A stretch of 64,000 nt of DNA from Octopus vulgaris. Lineage: Eukaryota. Every line of letters starts with the position of its first letter. Within the stretch, counting starts at the first letter, position 1. The stretch is from NCBI GenBank assembly GCA_951406725.2, contig OX597825.1, forward strand, positions 56,854,001-56,918,000, in the 5' to 3' direction. The position numbers were made by a program, and so were the translations under genes. Below, one piece after another: positions 43,171-58,024 of this stretch. The notes beneath the pieces are model-generated. The model was not told the origin of the DNA, did not search any database, and saw only the letters and a program-made list of their open reading frames with translations.

Positions 43171-43318
43171 CAGCAGCAGCAGAGACTAGTTACTGTGGTG
43201 GTGATAGTAGTGTTTGTGTTCATGATGATGGTGGTGGTGGTGGTGGTGGTGTTAATGATGATGATGATGACAACGACGATGGTGATGATGATGATGATGA
43301 TGATGACAACGACGATGG

Positions 43319-43394
<76 letters not shown>

Positions 43395-43520
43395 GATGAT
43401 AACGATGATGATAATCATCATCGTCGTCACCATGGAGGTAGATATATTGCTGATGATGTTGGTAATATTCATGGTGATGCTCAAGATGGTGAGGATGATG
43501 AGAATGATAATAACGGTGAT
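43090..43520. repeat. Compound trinucleotide microsatellite (GTA)n-(GCA)n-(GGT)n-(GAT)n
   Basis: Directly visible. Confidence 0.95.
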
Positions 43521-43792
43521 GACTATATCGATCAAAGTGGTCACACCACTTTTGTATCGTCGACATTACCCCCAACCTCACCACCACCACCATCAACTCA
43601 CACACACACACACACACATGCCCTCTTCCCTGCCCATAGACTTTCGATGAAAAACAGAGAGACATTAAGAAAGAAAGAAAGAAAGAAGGAAAGAAAGAAA
43701 GAAAGAAGGAAGGAAAGATGGAAAGTAAGAGTGTGGTGACATTAAAGATGAAAGGGAGTCGCGATTTTCTGTTATCTGTTTGTTGTTGGGAA

Positions 43793-43885
<93 letters not shown>

Positions 43886-44034
43886 ATGTATATATGTATA
43901 TGTATATGTATGTATATATATATTTATGTGTGTGTGTGTATATATATGTGTGTGTGTGTATATATATATGTATATGTATATATATCCATGTGTGTGTGTG
44001 TGTTTATGTATATATGTACATACGTATGTATGTA

Positions 44035-44068
<34 letters not shown>

Positions 44069-44091
44069 TGTGTATATGTATATATAATACA

Positions 44092-44122
<31 letters not shown>

Positions 44123-44193
44123 GAGAGAGAGAGAGAGTATACGTGTGTACGCAATCACGCATAGATATACAAATATATGTGAACCTATATGAG

Positions 44194-44263
<70 letters not shown>

Positions 44264-46859
44264 TATATGTATATATATATATGTGTGTGTGTACATATAT
44301 ATATATACACACACATACATACATACTCATAATATACTATAATAAAAGACCACAGATATGTGATGGGTATGTGTATGCACGTGTATGTGTGTGTGTGTGT
44401 ATGTGTGTGTGTGTGTGTGTGTGCAGATTCATATATCTCTGTGTATACGTTTAGTGGGAAGACAGAAACGGTAAGTAGTCATGTGCATTTATACACACAT
44501 ATGAATAAAGTGAGGGGGAAATTAAGATAAAGAGAAAAATGGAATTGGACTTCTATATATGTGTGTGTATACGACTGCATCTGAGTGTTTATGTGTGCAT
44601 TCGTATGTGTATGCTCGCGTATATGTGGACAGAGGACAGTGTTTCATATTTGTACGTTCGGTTAAGCAAACAACTAGAAAACATATTAACCAGTTTTGTG
44701 TTGAGACGTTCATATTCTGTAGAAGGGCGTCAGTTGACGTCCCATGTTAGAACGTCGGTTGAAATAAAAAAGCTCGTGGAATTTGTCCTTTCGGTTATCC
44801 ATACAACTTCTCCAGTCACCGAGATAAAGCATTTAAGTAGGCTTCCATTACAGATCGATGGATCTAAAAATAACTGTGAATTCTGTCGAGTGGGATTGCT
44901 GTAAAAGTATTCCAGCTGCTGTCGTCGGACAGATTAACGCGAGGAAAAAAGTTATAGTTTCGGTGTCTAAGTAAGCGAATAGATACGTGGTACTAATAAG
45001 CGTCGAAACAATTTATAAACACTTGGACAAACACAGGTCACCACGAATAAGCCATCCTTATGAAATACTTAACATAAAAAGTATTAATATTTGTTTACTA
45101 AGCATATCTTCGAGCACAAAATGTATCGATTTCCAACCAATACACCCAATTCATCCATTATCGGTGGCACAGAAACAGGAGATTTTCCATTTATGGTGAT
45201 ATCTTCTAGTTTCCCACCGGCTACACTAACCAATGCATTTTTCTAAGGCTTTCAACGGTATATGTGCAATTTGTCAGAGTATCTACCATTGATCAGGTCA
45301 TTATCAGGAATACTTCTCTATATGAGCTGGAGGAAGTGTAAGAGTTAAGGGTCCTTACGTACTCTATAAAATGTAGTAAACTATATCTAAGTGGTTCATT
45401 CCGTAGTCAATTCGCAGAAGATCATTTACATATTGTCATGCAGTATATTGCAATCCGTTTGCATAGTGTTTTATTTTACACTTCAAGAAATGACCCATCT
45501 GTTAAAGTTATGATTTCTATTTCATACAATTGGTAGCCTTGTTTAGAAGAATCTAGTGTACTATTACTAATGTTTTTGTTTTTCCCCCACTCCATTTCAA
45601 CCTTGATTCAACAGTTTTATGATCAAAGACATTCCAGCAGTGACTATCCTGTATTTTTAGGGTTGAGAAGAATTTTCGGATATACTCTTGCCTCAATTAC
45701 GATGATTTGAGGAATATCTCGCTGATGTTTCTAACAAAATAAATATCCGTAGGAGGAACTCTTGTTGGTCCCTTCTGTGTATTGCGATTCGGTATTTGTG
45801 ATCAGGCTCGGTGTTGTTATATTGTTAGTGTGTGGTCATAGTTAATATGCAATGGGCGTAATTATTGTTTAACATTATATGAAGAAGCAAGATAGCGGCG
45901 ATAGGTTTAGAGCAACAAGACTAATTGGACGGTGGATGGTGGGGTAACAGAGGAGGAGTTTAGAAAAGAAATCTTTTTTTTGCATGTTATAGTTCAAACA
46001 AAAACTCGAAAATAAGGCTGATTAATGAAACGTCTTGGAAAACAATGATAGTACAGAAAGAACACAATGAGTGGATCTTAGAAGGGTAGCAGAATATGCT
46101 CTGCAGATGTATTTATTAGAACTGGGAGCCATTCTTAGATTTCCAGATTCATCTTGGCAGGTCCGATGTCAACGCAATAACTTTGATGAAAGAATCCATT
46201 ATTAGCGTGCAGTTTGGTCGAACTCTACTGGAATAGTTTGCAAATATGAAGTTTTTCAATGCCAAGTAATCGTTGTTATTCTGAACCATTCTATAAATGT
46301 GTCGATTAGTTTGATTATTCATCCATTACAGGCAGACTTCACGCAGCACACATTCTATCTCAATACCATCGCTAATATTGATTTTTATTAGTCATATGAG
46401 TAGTGGAGTCCAAAGTCGAAACTTCCGTTTATATTCATATATGTGCGTATCAACTTAATCGAACGTCTTTTCATTCTCGATGTCCCTTCCCACACGATTT
46501 TCTTCTTGAAATTACAATCCATTATTCTCCACCTGCAGTCAATGCACTTCATTTCGTGTTTCAGTATAATGGTGAAGAGCTCTTCCGTTCATTACATCCT
46601 CTTCAAAGTTGAATTATTATTCGTTCAATATTGTATGCACGGTCAAAGACCAAAACATATGCACGTGAATTTATCTAGAATGCACGAAGTCCAATGTGAG
46701 TTATTGTCTTTTTCGAAGATATTAAAACATCAAATGTAAAACATCAGTTGCAACACTGTCTTTCCAAAGAAGTGAGCATTCAGGTATTCTCGTGATGATA
46801 AACAATGCCCTTACCGATTATCGAGTGCTGGGCACGTCCCCAGTAGATCGCTGCCGTTT

Positions 46860-47530
46860 AATTTGTCAGCTGTTAGTTCACATCCGAACTGATGGTCCTG
46901 CCTGTAGGAACTGCAACTCGTAAAAGACAACACCTTTCAAATCCCAAAATTGAAAGCAAAACCTTCTTCGGATGAAAACCTACTTTGGAGGTTGTTTGTG
47001 GTGGTTCACTACTCTTCCCCTGCGATCGTTTGCGCTTCATATTTTAATAAGAACTGTACATTTTTGACGTCCCTTGTCGCCCTTCTCTTGACAAAAGTAT
47101 GATTTTTTTCACATTTCTGCAACAAATCTCAAATGAAAATTCGTGGGGCGAGGCTAGCCTCATTCAATTGATATGGAACCCAAAACATCGATCCTGCTAA
47201 CGTAACGAAGTCTATACAGATTGTTTTCAACTCTCCATTTAGATATTAGAAGACTAGCTGCGACCTTCCTGGTTGTATAACCAGGGTTGATATCGACTAA
47301 CACCTTCATCTTGTTACTGTTAATCTCAGTTGACCAACCGGAGCGAGGTGCATCTTAAACCGAAAAATTTCCTTGGTTGACATGAAAACCACTCCTGACA
47401 CATACGTTCCGTAACAGCAGCCTCTCCATGCACAACGCATAACTTTCTGCAAGTTTTTGTCGCTTCCTTGTGTTTTTTTTAACAATAAAGAAGCATGAGG
47501 TGCCGACAATGTTCGTTGTGGTCTTCCATG
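46860..47530 (-). pseudogene. Decayed mariner transposase
   Basis: Fragments MEDHNEHCRHLMLL, DAPRSG, WVPYQLNE (WVPHEL motif) and GFHPKKVLLSI. Confidence 0.8.
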
Positions 47531-47747
47531 TTCTGGGTGATCACAAGCACACGTAACAAAACCTGTCTCGTCATAAGTTCGTGTCGAATTACATTGAAGA
47601 GTCAAGTATCTAACAAGTGCGCATGCGCTAAAGAGACAGACTGGAGGTTAGCTACTTGTTAGAATGCTTTAACTTTAGTGTCGGCAAAAACCGAACCCAA
47701 GACATAGATATAAGCATATACAAATACATGTATATATGTATATATGC

Positions 47748-48039
<292 letters not shown>

Positions 48040-48539
48040 GTGGAGGCGCAATGGCCCAGTGGTTAGGGCAGCGGACTCGCGGTTGTAGGATCGCGGTTTC
48101 GATTCCAAGACCGGGCATTGTGAGTGTTTATTGAGCGAAAACACCTATAACGATAGATAGATAGATAGATAGATAGATAAAACACTGAGAGGTTACAAAC
48201 GAATATAAAAGTGGAAAGCCAAACGCCAAACAAGCAGAAATCCTACAAGGAAGTAAAAACATAAAAAATTATAATTATGCTAGTATTGTTACAGAAACGA
48301 AATAAAGGAAATACATAGAAAGATGATTTTTTTTGCCATTAAAATATTTCAAAATCAATGCGAATTAAGAGAGTGTGTGTGAATGTGTGAATGTGTGTGT
48401 GTGTGAATGTGTGAATGTGTGTGTGTGTTGGGGTGTTTTAGAATACGAGCTCAGAATCAGCAATTCCTTAAATTTACCCTTCAACGTGATTGTAGCTTAT
48501 AGTCAGACGACACTACAACTCCATTCTTAGATACTAGTT

Positions 48540-49248
48540 TCAAATTTTGGTGCAACGTGAAGAACCTCGGCAGGAGGGACTAAGTCGATTACATCGATTC
48601 CAGTGCTCAATTGGTACTTATTTTATCGACTCCGAAAGGTTGAAAGCCAAAGTCGACGTCGGCGGAATTTGAACTCAGAACGTAAAGACGAACAAAATGC
48701 CTCTAAGCATTTTGCCCGGCGTACTAACGATTCTGCCAGCACGCCGCCTTTTCTCATTCTTAGATATTGACATAATAATATGGAACAGTTGATATAGCAC
48801 AGTCATGAACAACCTGCAGATCGAGTGATTGTCAGCATGGCATTTGGCAGAAACGTTAGCACGCCGGGCGAAATACTTAGCGGTATTTCGTCTGCCGTTA
48901 CGTTCTGGTTCAAATTCCGCCGAGGTCGGCTTTGTCTTTTCATCCTTTCGGGGTCGATTAAATAAGTACCAGTTACGCACTGGGGTCGATATAATCGACT
49001 TAATCCGTGTGTCTGTCCTTGTTTGTCCTCTCTGTGTTTAGCCCCTTGTGGGTAGTAAAGAAAAAGGTATTTCGTCTGCCGCTACGTTCTGAGTTCAAAT
49101 TCCGCCGAGGTCGACTTTGCCTTTCATCCTTTCGGGGTCGATTAAATAAATACCAGTTACGCACTGGGGTAGATGTAATCGACTTAATCCATTTGTCTGT
49201 CCTTGTTTGTCCTCTCTGTGTTTAGCCCCTTGTGGACAGTAAAGAAAT
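48540..49248. mobile_element. Head-to-head SINE family B pair: minus copy 48540-48748, plus copy 48845-49248 with a tandem internal duplication
   Basis: ggtatttcgtctgccg...gtaaagaaa occurs twice in tandem (about 48882-49063 and 49066-49248); an inverted copy lies about 100 bp to the left. Confidence 0.8.
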
Positions 49249-49407
49249 GAATTCTTTGAATTTTAGTAGAATGGCCCGCCTAATGATGGGGAATATCTCA
49301 TGCAGCCTGTTTCTGGTAAAAATGTATCTATAGCTCGTTCCTCAGTGATCACGAATAAAGCCAACAAATTTATTTGCAAACAGTGTGCCCAACCTTGTGT
49401 GTGTGTG

Positions 49408-49500
<93 letters not shown>

Positions 49501-50394
49501 TACAATCATTTCTGAGGTCAGTATTACATTTCCATCCTGAATAGACTCCTTAACTCTCGATGCAAACTCGACCATGGCTCCTACTTCTAATTCTGTTTTT
49601 ATATTAAAATTAAAACCTTCCATCAAAATTTCATGGGGAATTATAATCCGAACTCTGGGTTAATAATGGGAATTATTTTGCTAAATACTTCATTATTTTC
49701 TAACTTCATTGTAAAACAAAAAAAAAACAAAGCAGTGTATTTCAATAGATATTGAATGGCAAAGGGAGTTAAATAAGAAAGAGCATTAAACTTGGACTAA
49801 TACTAATCAACAACAGGCATTTAAACACGTTAATAGACTAATATCTTAAACAATATAGGGACAAATTCGTCTACGCAGATATAACAGCCACAACGCTGAA
49901 ATAAGTAAAATGAAAGAATGAAAAATTATATAAGCAGTTGCCAGGAAATTTCAGTTAAACATTTTTTTTTTCTTTTAGAATCTGGCGATGATGATTTGTA
50001 TAAGTTAGAGTATTATTCCTATGATCCTTTGTTGCCTACAACAAGAGCGCAGCAACAACAGTACCGTTATCACTATTTCGTTCAGAAGATAAGAAAAAGA
50101 TGGTTTCAAAACGTTAATGAAATGCCATTGCTCCAAACTACACGTAAAGGGTTAATGACGAAATATGAAAAATCATTAATTAGAAAGACTAAACAAGAAC
50201 ACAATCAAACAACTTAATATAAATTTTTTCAAAGAAAAGATGTACCTGATGCTTTGTATAAATATATGTGTGTGTGTGTGTGAGTGTGTGTATATGTGCG
50301 TGTGCGTGTGTGCGTTTGTATACATATAAATATATATTTATATACGTACGCATGCACATATATGAATTATATCTGAATGTATGTGTATATGTGT

Positions 50395-50439
<45 letters not shown>

Positions 50440-50798
50440 CGTGGTGTGTGTGGTGTGTTTGAGGTGGTGTGCAGATATTGTATATTGGGAAAAGGAGGCA
50501 GGTCAGAATTTTGGATAATTCTTTATTAGCGCTTTCGTTCGTTTATCGAACTCAAGACAAAATCAAAATGGTAAAAGCAGAATGTTTTGTTGTTAATTTA
50601 TATGAATCGGATGCACTTTTGCTTTGTTTAGAAGAGGAGAAAAATATTTTTGTTTTGGGGGAAAAGGGGAAAGAGAGAAAGAAAAGCAAAGAGGGAATGA
50701 AAATAGACAGAGAGAGAGAGAGAGAGTGAGGTTTCGAGACAATCAAGAAAAAGGAAAGAATAATAACTGAAGGGGAAAGGATTGATAGATAGATAGAT

Positions 50799-50829
<31 letters not shown>

Positions 50830-51170
50830 CAGACAGACAGACAGACAGACAGTCAGATATCCTTTCCCCATCCTTTATTATTTTTTCCTCTTCTTTATTG
50901 TCTTCTCTCTGTGTCAATTTTCTCCACCCTCTTTGCTTTTCTTTCTCTCTTTCCTCCTTTTTCCCAAAAAACAAAAATATTTTTCTCCTCTTTTAAACAA
51001 AGCAAAAACATCCGATTCATATAAATGAGCAACGAAACGTTCTGTTTTCACCATTTTGGTTTTGTCTTGACGAGTTCGATAAATGAACGAAAGCGCTGAT
51101 AAGGAATTATCCAAAGTTCTGACTGCCCTCCTTTTCTCAATATGTGTGTGTGTGTGTGTGTACATACATA

Positions 51171-51221
<51 letters not shown>

Positions 51222-51785
51222 ATGCATGTGTATATGTATATATACATATACATTCAAATATATATAACACACACGCACACACAAACACATACAAAAACTT
51301 TAAGATTACAGAATACAATACAAAGATGTAGACTAATAAGTGATGGTCTTAGATACTAATTAATTGTTAGTATAACATTTGAATAAAGTTATACATATAT
51401 ATACATATATATGTATACATATACATACATACATGCAGACATATATTTAAATATGCAAATATATATAGGCACACGTCAAGATCACCAGCCCTCTTCCACA
51501 CGCACATACAAACTCTCTTATACAAACGCACGCACACCTTCATTTTGGGATCACCACTGATATCTCCCCTTCTCCCTAACTCTCCTGTGTGACTCTTCTG
51601 TCAAGCTTTCACCATGATAGATCGCTAGCCACTACACATTCCGTATTTTCTGTCTTTGTTTCTTTCTGTGTTACTTTCTGTGGAAGAGCGTAGGCTCGAA
51701 AAGTTAAAGACTTTTACACATCTGTTTGTTGTCTACACCACCTGTCTTCGTCTTTTATATTTTTTTTTTGTGTGCGTGAATTCTC

Positions 51786-51929
<144 letters not shown>

Positions 51930-52086
51930 TGCAGGTGTGACTATGTGGTAAGAAACTTGCTTTTCCAGCCACGTGTCTTCCACTACAGCCCTGTGCCTTC
52001 TAGTATAACATGTGTCTTCTATTATAGCCTCGGGCCGATGGAAGCCTTCTGAGTGGATTTAGTAGACGGAAACTGAGTGGAGTTTG

Positions 52087-52127
<41 letters not shown>

Positions 52128-52293
52128 TTTCTGTCTGAGTTTGTACCCTACTGCCGCTTGATAATCGGTTTTGGTGTGTTTGCGTCTCCACATTAGCAGT
52201 TAGACAAAAGAGACTGATAAAACAAATACCAGGCTTTAGAAATAAGAGACTGGGGTTGATTTATTCGACTAGACCAGTCTAATCACTGAAACA
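51930..52293 (+). mobile_element. SINE family A, diverged
   Basis: Homologous to 3498-3930. Confidence 0.7.
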
Positions 52294-52644
52294 ATGCGTG
52301 TGTATGTGTGTGTACGTGTGTATGTGTGTACGTGTGTGTGAATGTGTGTGTGTACACTCATAATTTGAGGATGCAATTTCCCCGTGAGGGATTGTTAATA
52401 ACAATCCAGATGCCAACATGCTTTATCAAATATATTGAAAGTTCCTCAATTTATATGTATAAACAGTCTCATAACTTACAGAATAAATATTTTTTATTGT
52501 TTTTTTTTTATCCGATTCCTTTTATACTTATTCTTATACGTATCTATTTTTCTTTGTATTACTTTTCCATTGTGATACAAATAAAATGAACCAAGCATCT
52601 ATTATATTTTTTCTTCTTCATTTTCTTTTATTAACTTTCCCCAT

Positions 52645-52680
<36 letters not shown>

Positions 52681-52994
52681 GTGTGTGTGTGCGCGCGCGT
52701 GTGTGTGTGTATGTATGTATGTATCGATGTATGTATGTATACTTTATTAAAAAGCAGCTAATTATTTAACCTGGGTATTCAGGCCTTTTTTCTTTCTTCA
52801 TAAGCTATTTTTGATTTAAGGTTTTCTTCGGTTTTTATAATAATATGATTTCAAACCGCAATTTGATATTTCATGCAACCGGTTATTGAAAAGATCGTTA
52901 GTTGAAAAGACCAATGAAACAAAACCATTTTCCAGTGTGTATCAATCAAAGTATTGTATTTCTGCATATAACTTTATCCAGCTCCATTTTAAAC

Positions 52995-53040
52995 AAAACT
53001 GTCCGACGAACGGAACCGTGAAACTCTGAGTAACAGTTTT
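52995..53040 (+). ncRNA. Apparently intact type-I hammerhead ribozyme (U4C core variant)
   Basis: AAAACUGU CCGACGA ACGG aa CCGU GAA ACU cug AGU A ACAGUUUU: perfect 8-bp stem I, stem II, helix III and a GUA triplet. Predicted cut after 53032. Confidence 0.7.
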
Positions 53041-53139
53041 TGTGATATTTTTGCTGCTTTTTAATATACCATATTACTCTACCTCTGATATTCGAGTACT
53101 ATTTTTTCCAATCTTGTTTCGCATTTATGTGCTTATTCT

Positions 53140-53223
<84 letters not shown>

Positions 53224-53234
53224 CATATATATAA

Positions 53235-53270
<36 letters not shown>

Positions 53271-53386
53271 GCATATATATGCTTATATATACATATATAT
53301 TTTTGTGTGTGTGTGTGTGTGTGTGTGCACGCGTGCGAGCGTGTGTGTTTTGGTATGTATTATATCACAGTATACCAGAAACTTAC

Positions 53387-53453
53387 CTTCAGCAAGAGTC
53401 ATCGGAAGGAAAATAGTCAATAGCATTAAGATACATGAGTATTTCTGCTTCAT
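53387..53453 (-). CDS. Probable signal-peptide exon of the same receptor
   Basis: [22 protein letters not shown]+G|gtaagt: basic N-region, hydrophobic core, TLA cleavage-like site and phase-1 donor, as in nAChR first coding exons. In-frame upstream ATGs extend to 53495. Linkage is inferred because the intervening exon was not found. Confidence 0.6.
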
Positions 53454-53985
53454 CGTTATCATCATCGTAGTCGTCGTTGTTATCGCCATTGTCATCTTGC
53501 TACTAGTACTGCTTCATCTGAAATATATATTTGTTACAATCATAACATAGCCACAAATAAAAACTATTACACCCACTGATACTAATTACTAAAAGCATGT
53601 ATACTATTACAATAACCACCAATCAATATTGACTATTACAATAACCACCAATCAATATTGACTATTATAACCACCAATACTAAACGCTATTACCCTAGTT
53701 AGTAACTACTATAACTATCAATACTAACTTTTATAACCAACAATACTGACAAATATAACAAGCAATATTAGGTACTGTAGATACCACTAATACAAAGTTC
53801 TATAGCCAACAATACTAACTACAATAGTCACCTGTCCTAACAAATCTACCCCCAATATTAACTATCATATCCAACAATAGAACTACTGTATCATTATATT
53901 ATTATAACCGAATACTAATTTCTATAATTACCCACTCTAACTACTATTGTCATCAATACTAACAACTATATTAACCGTACAAACT

Positions 53986-56345
53986 ACCATAGGTAACAGT
54001 AATATAACCATCAACATTTACCACCATAGCTACCAGTAATATAACCATCAACATTTACTACCATAGCTACCAGTAATATAACCATCAACATTTACTACCA
54101 TAACTACCAGTAATATAACCACCAACATTTACCACCATAGCTACCAGTAATATAACCACCAACATTTACCACCATAGCTACCAGTAGTATAACCACCAAC
54201 ATTTACCACCATAGCTACCAGTAATATAACCACCAACATTTACCACCATAGCTACCAGTAATATAACCATCCACATTTACCACCATAGCTCCCAGTAATA
54301 TAACCATCAACATTTACCACCATAGCTACCAGTAATATAACCATCAACATTTACCACCATAGCTACCAGTAATATAACCATCAACATTTACCCCATAACT
54401 ACCAGTAATATAACCACCAACATTTACCACCATAGCTACCAGTAATATAACCACCAACATTTACCCCATAACTACCAGTAATATAACCATCAACATTTAC
54501 CACCATAGCTACCAGTAATATAACCATCAACATTTACCCCATAGCTACCAGTAATATAACCACCAACATTTACCCCCATAGCTACCAGTAATATAACCAT
54601 CAACATTTACCCCCATAGCTACCAGTAATATAACCATCAACATTTACCACCATAGCTACCAGTAATATAACCATCAACATTTACCCCATAGCTACCAGTA
54701 ATATAACCATCAACATTTACCCCATAGCTACCAGTAATATAACCACCAACATTTACCCCATAGCTACCAGTAATATAACCATCAACATTTACCCCATAGC
54801 TACCAGTAATATAACCACCAACATTTACCCCCATAGCTACCAGTAATATAACCATCAACATTTACCCCATAGCTACCAGTAATATAACCATCAACATTTA
54901 CCACCATAGCTACCAGTAATATAACCATCAACATTTACCCCATAGCTACTAGTAATATAACCACCAACATTTACCCCCATAGCTACCAGTAATATAACCA
55001 TCAACATTTACACCCATAGCTACCAGTAATATAACCATCAACATTTACCACCATAGCTACCAGTAATATAACCATCAACATTTACCACCATAGCTACCAG
55101 TAATATAACCATCAACATTTACCACCATAGCTACCAGTAATATAACCATCAACATTTACCCCATAGCTACCAGTAATATAACATCAACATTTACCCCATA
55201 TCTACCAGTAATATAACCATCAACATTTACCACCATAGCTACCAATAATATAACATTCAACATTTACCCCATAGCTACCAGTAATATAACCATCAACATT
55301 TACCCCATAGCTACCAGTAATATAACCATCAACATTTACTACCATAACTACAAATAATATAACCATCAACATTTACCACCATAGCTACCAGTAATATAAC
55401 CATCAACATTTACCACCATAGCTACCAGTAATATAACCATCAACATTTACCCCATAGCTACCAGTAATATAACCATCAACATTTACCACCATAGCTACCA
55501 GTAATATAACCATCAACATTTACCCCATAGCTACCAGTAATATAACCATCAACATTTACCCCATAGCTACCAGTAATATAACCATCAACATTTACCACCA
55601 TAGCTACCAGTAATATAACCATCAACATTTACCACCATAGCTACCAGTAATATAACCATCAACATTTACCACCATAGCTACCAGTAATATAACCATCAAC
55701 ATTTACCACCATAGCTACCAGTAATATAACCATCAACATTTACCACCATAGCTACCAGTAATATAACCATCAACATTTACCACCATAGCTACCAGTAATA
55801 TAACCATCAACATTTACCCCATAACTACCAGTAATATAACCATCAACATTTACCACCATAGCTACCAGTAATATAACCATCCACATTTACCACCATAGCT
55901 CCCAGTAATATAACCATCAACATTTACCACCATAGCTCCCAGTAATATAACCATCAACATTTACCACCATAACTACCAGTAATATAACCATTCACATTTA
56001 CCCCATAGCTACCAGTAATATAACCATCAACATTTACCACCATAGCTACCAGTAATATAACCATCAACATTTACCATCATAGCTACCAGTAATATAACCA
56101 TCAACATTTACCACCATAGCTACCAGTAATATAACCATCAACATTTACCCCATAGCTACCAGTAATATAACCATCAACATTTACCACTATAGCTACCAGT
56201 AATATAACCACCAACATTTACCACCATAGCTACCAGTAATATAACCATCAACATTTACCCCCATAGCTACCAGTAATCTAACCATCAACATTCACCCCCA
56301 TTGCTACCAGTAATATAACCATCAACATTTACCCCATAGCTACCA
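53986..56345. repeat. Minisatellite, 32/33-bp unit ccatagctaccagtaatataaccatcaacatttac(ca/c/cc), about 70 copies
   Basis: Directly visible head-to-tail array with no unique spacers. Confidence 0.98.
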
Positions 56346-57986
56346 ATTGTAATAACTATAACCTGACTATTTTATCTAACAACACTAACTGCTAGAACCA
56401 CCAAATACTAACTACTATAGCTACACTAACTCCTATTCCCATTAATCATAGACTCTCCTGTCGTATATGATAGATTAGTGTTCAGCACTTTGTTGCTGAA
56501 CAGCATGATCAGATGAATTGCTTACAGGGATCAAACGTTTGTGTTGTACTTTTGCTCACTCACTCCAGCAAATCGATTTGCCTATACAAATGCTTGGTGT
56601 CCTACGCGTCGTGAAGGCGCATGACTCAGTAGTTAGGGGTATTCGGCCCACAATCGTAAGGTCATGAGATCGATATCCGGCGGCGTGTTGTGTCCTTGAG
56701 CAAGACACTTTATTTCGCGGTATTCCAGTCTACTCAGCCGGCAAAAATGAGTTGTACTTGTATTTCAAATGGCTAGCCTTGTCAATTCCTATGTCATGCT
56801 GAATCTCCCAGGGAACTACGTTAAGGGTACGTGTGTCTGTGGGGTGCACAGCCACTTACATGCTAAATTCAGGAGCAGACTGTTCCGTTGATCGGATCAA
56901 CTAGAACAGAATACCAGTTCTACACGTCAGATGTCGAAGTGATTGCAAAGCAACACGAAATGAAATGTTTTACTCAAAAATGCAACGCACAGCCCAGTTC
57001 GAGAACCGAATTCAGGATCTTGCGATCACCGAGTGCAATACCCTAACCAACAGGCCATTGCCCTCACTATTACCACTAATACTAACAATTATAACCACTA
57101 TCACTAACTACTATACCATACCAACCAATACAAACAACTAGTACTACCACGAATACTATTATTACCCCAATATGAACTATCGTGACCGCTAATACTATTA
57201 TCACAACTATATTAACCACTAATACTAGCTACCATAATTCCATAACTTCCAATAAATACTACCTTTTACTGCTACACCGAGCCAAAGAAAGTGAGAATCT
57301 TTATATGAGTTAATTGTCCAAGGTAGCCAAATGCCAGTTGGACGGTGTGCTCATAGACACGATCAGCGTCAGTAAATATTATTTAGTGTAGTTCCTAAAT
57401 TTTAGTCTGATGTTTCCTGAAAAGCCCTCCATTGTAGAGACTAACGCGTTTGAATGGTTATTGTAGCATTGGAGAATGAAATCTAACAGATAGAATGGTC
57501 ATAACCAGAGCATCCTTGAATATAAATCTATTCTATCAGGGCTAACCTGGGATTAAACCAGTAAAGAACTAATCGGGTGGAAACACGCATTTTACCATTA
57601 TGATATTTGTACAAAAGTAGAAAGGTAAGATAAATAAAATAAATAAATAGAAATGCTTTAGTAAATACAGTGGGGAAGAAATGAACGAAAGTGAGTGCAA
57701 AAGAAAGTGCATCCGCACGCGAACGACTTTGTATTTGTAGTGTGTGTGTGTCTGTGCGGGTGTACCGTAGCTCAACTTGGTTCCTGATATTTTTGGCCAA
57801 ACCCCAACAGAAATAACACGGTGGGTGGAGTAAAGAAAACAAGATACATATAAATTTGCGCATATAAACAGATGGATAAATAGACATATTAACAAATAAA
57901 GATATCCATACATATCTAAATATATGTAAGCATATATTTAAATATATATTCATATATATCTATATACACACACACACATATATGTA

Positions 57987-58024
<38 letters not shown>

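Noticed and set aside
42987-43739. 250-aa ORF with poly-V, poly-D and poly-H tracts
   Set aside because: Translation of compound trinucleotide microsatellites inside an intron; open in several frames with no domain.
48040-48115. tRNA gene
   Set aside because: The tRNA-like head continues into SINE body sequence shared with 34880-35153, with no clean cloverleaf or terminator.
53986-56345. CRISPR-like array, or Gly/Tyr-rich structural protein (GVNVDGYITGSY repeats on the minus strand)
   Set aside because: No unique spacers or cas genes, and the context is eukaryotic. Mixed 32/33-bp units break the reading frame repeatedly.
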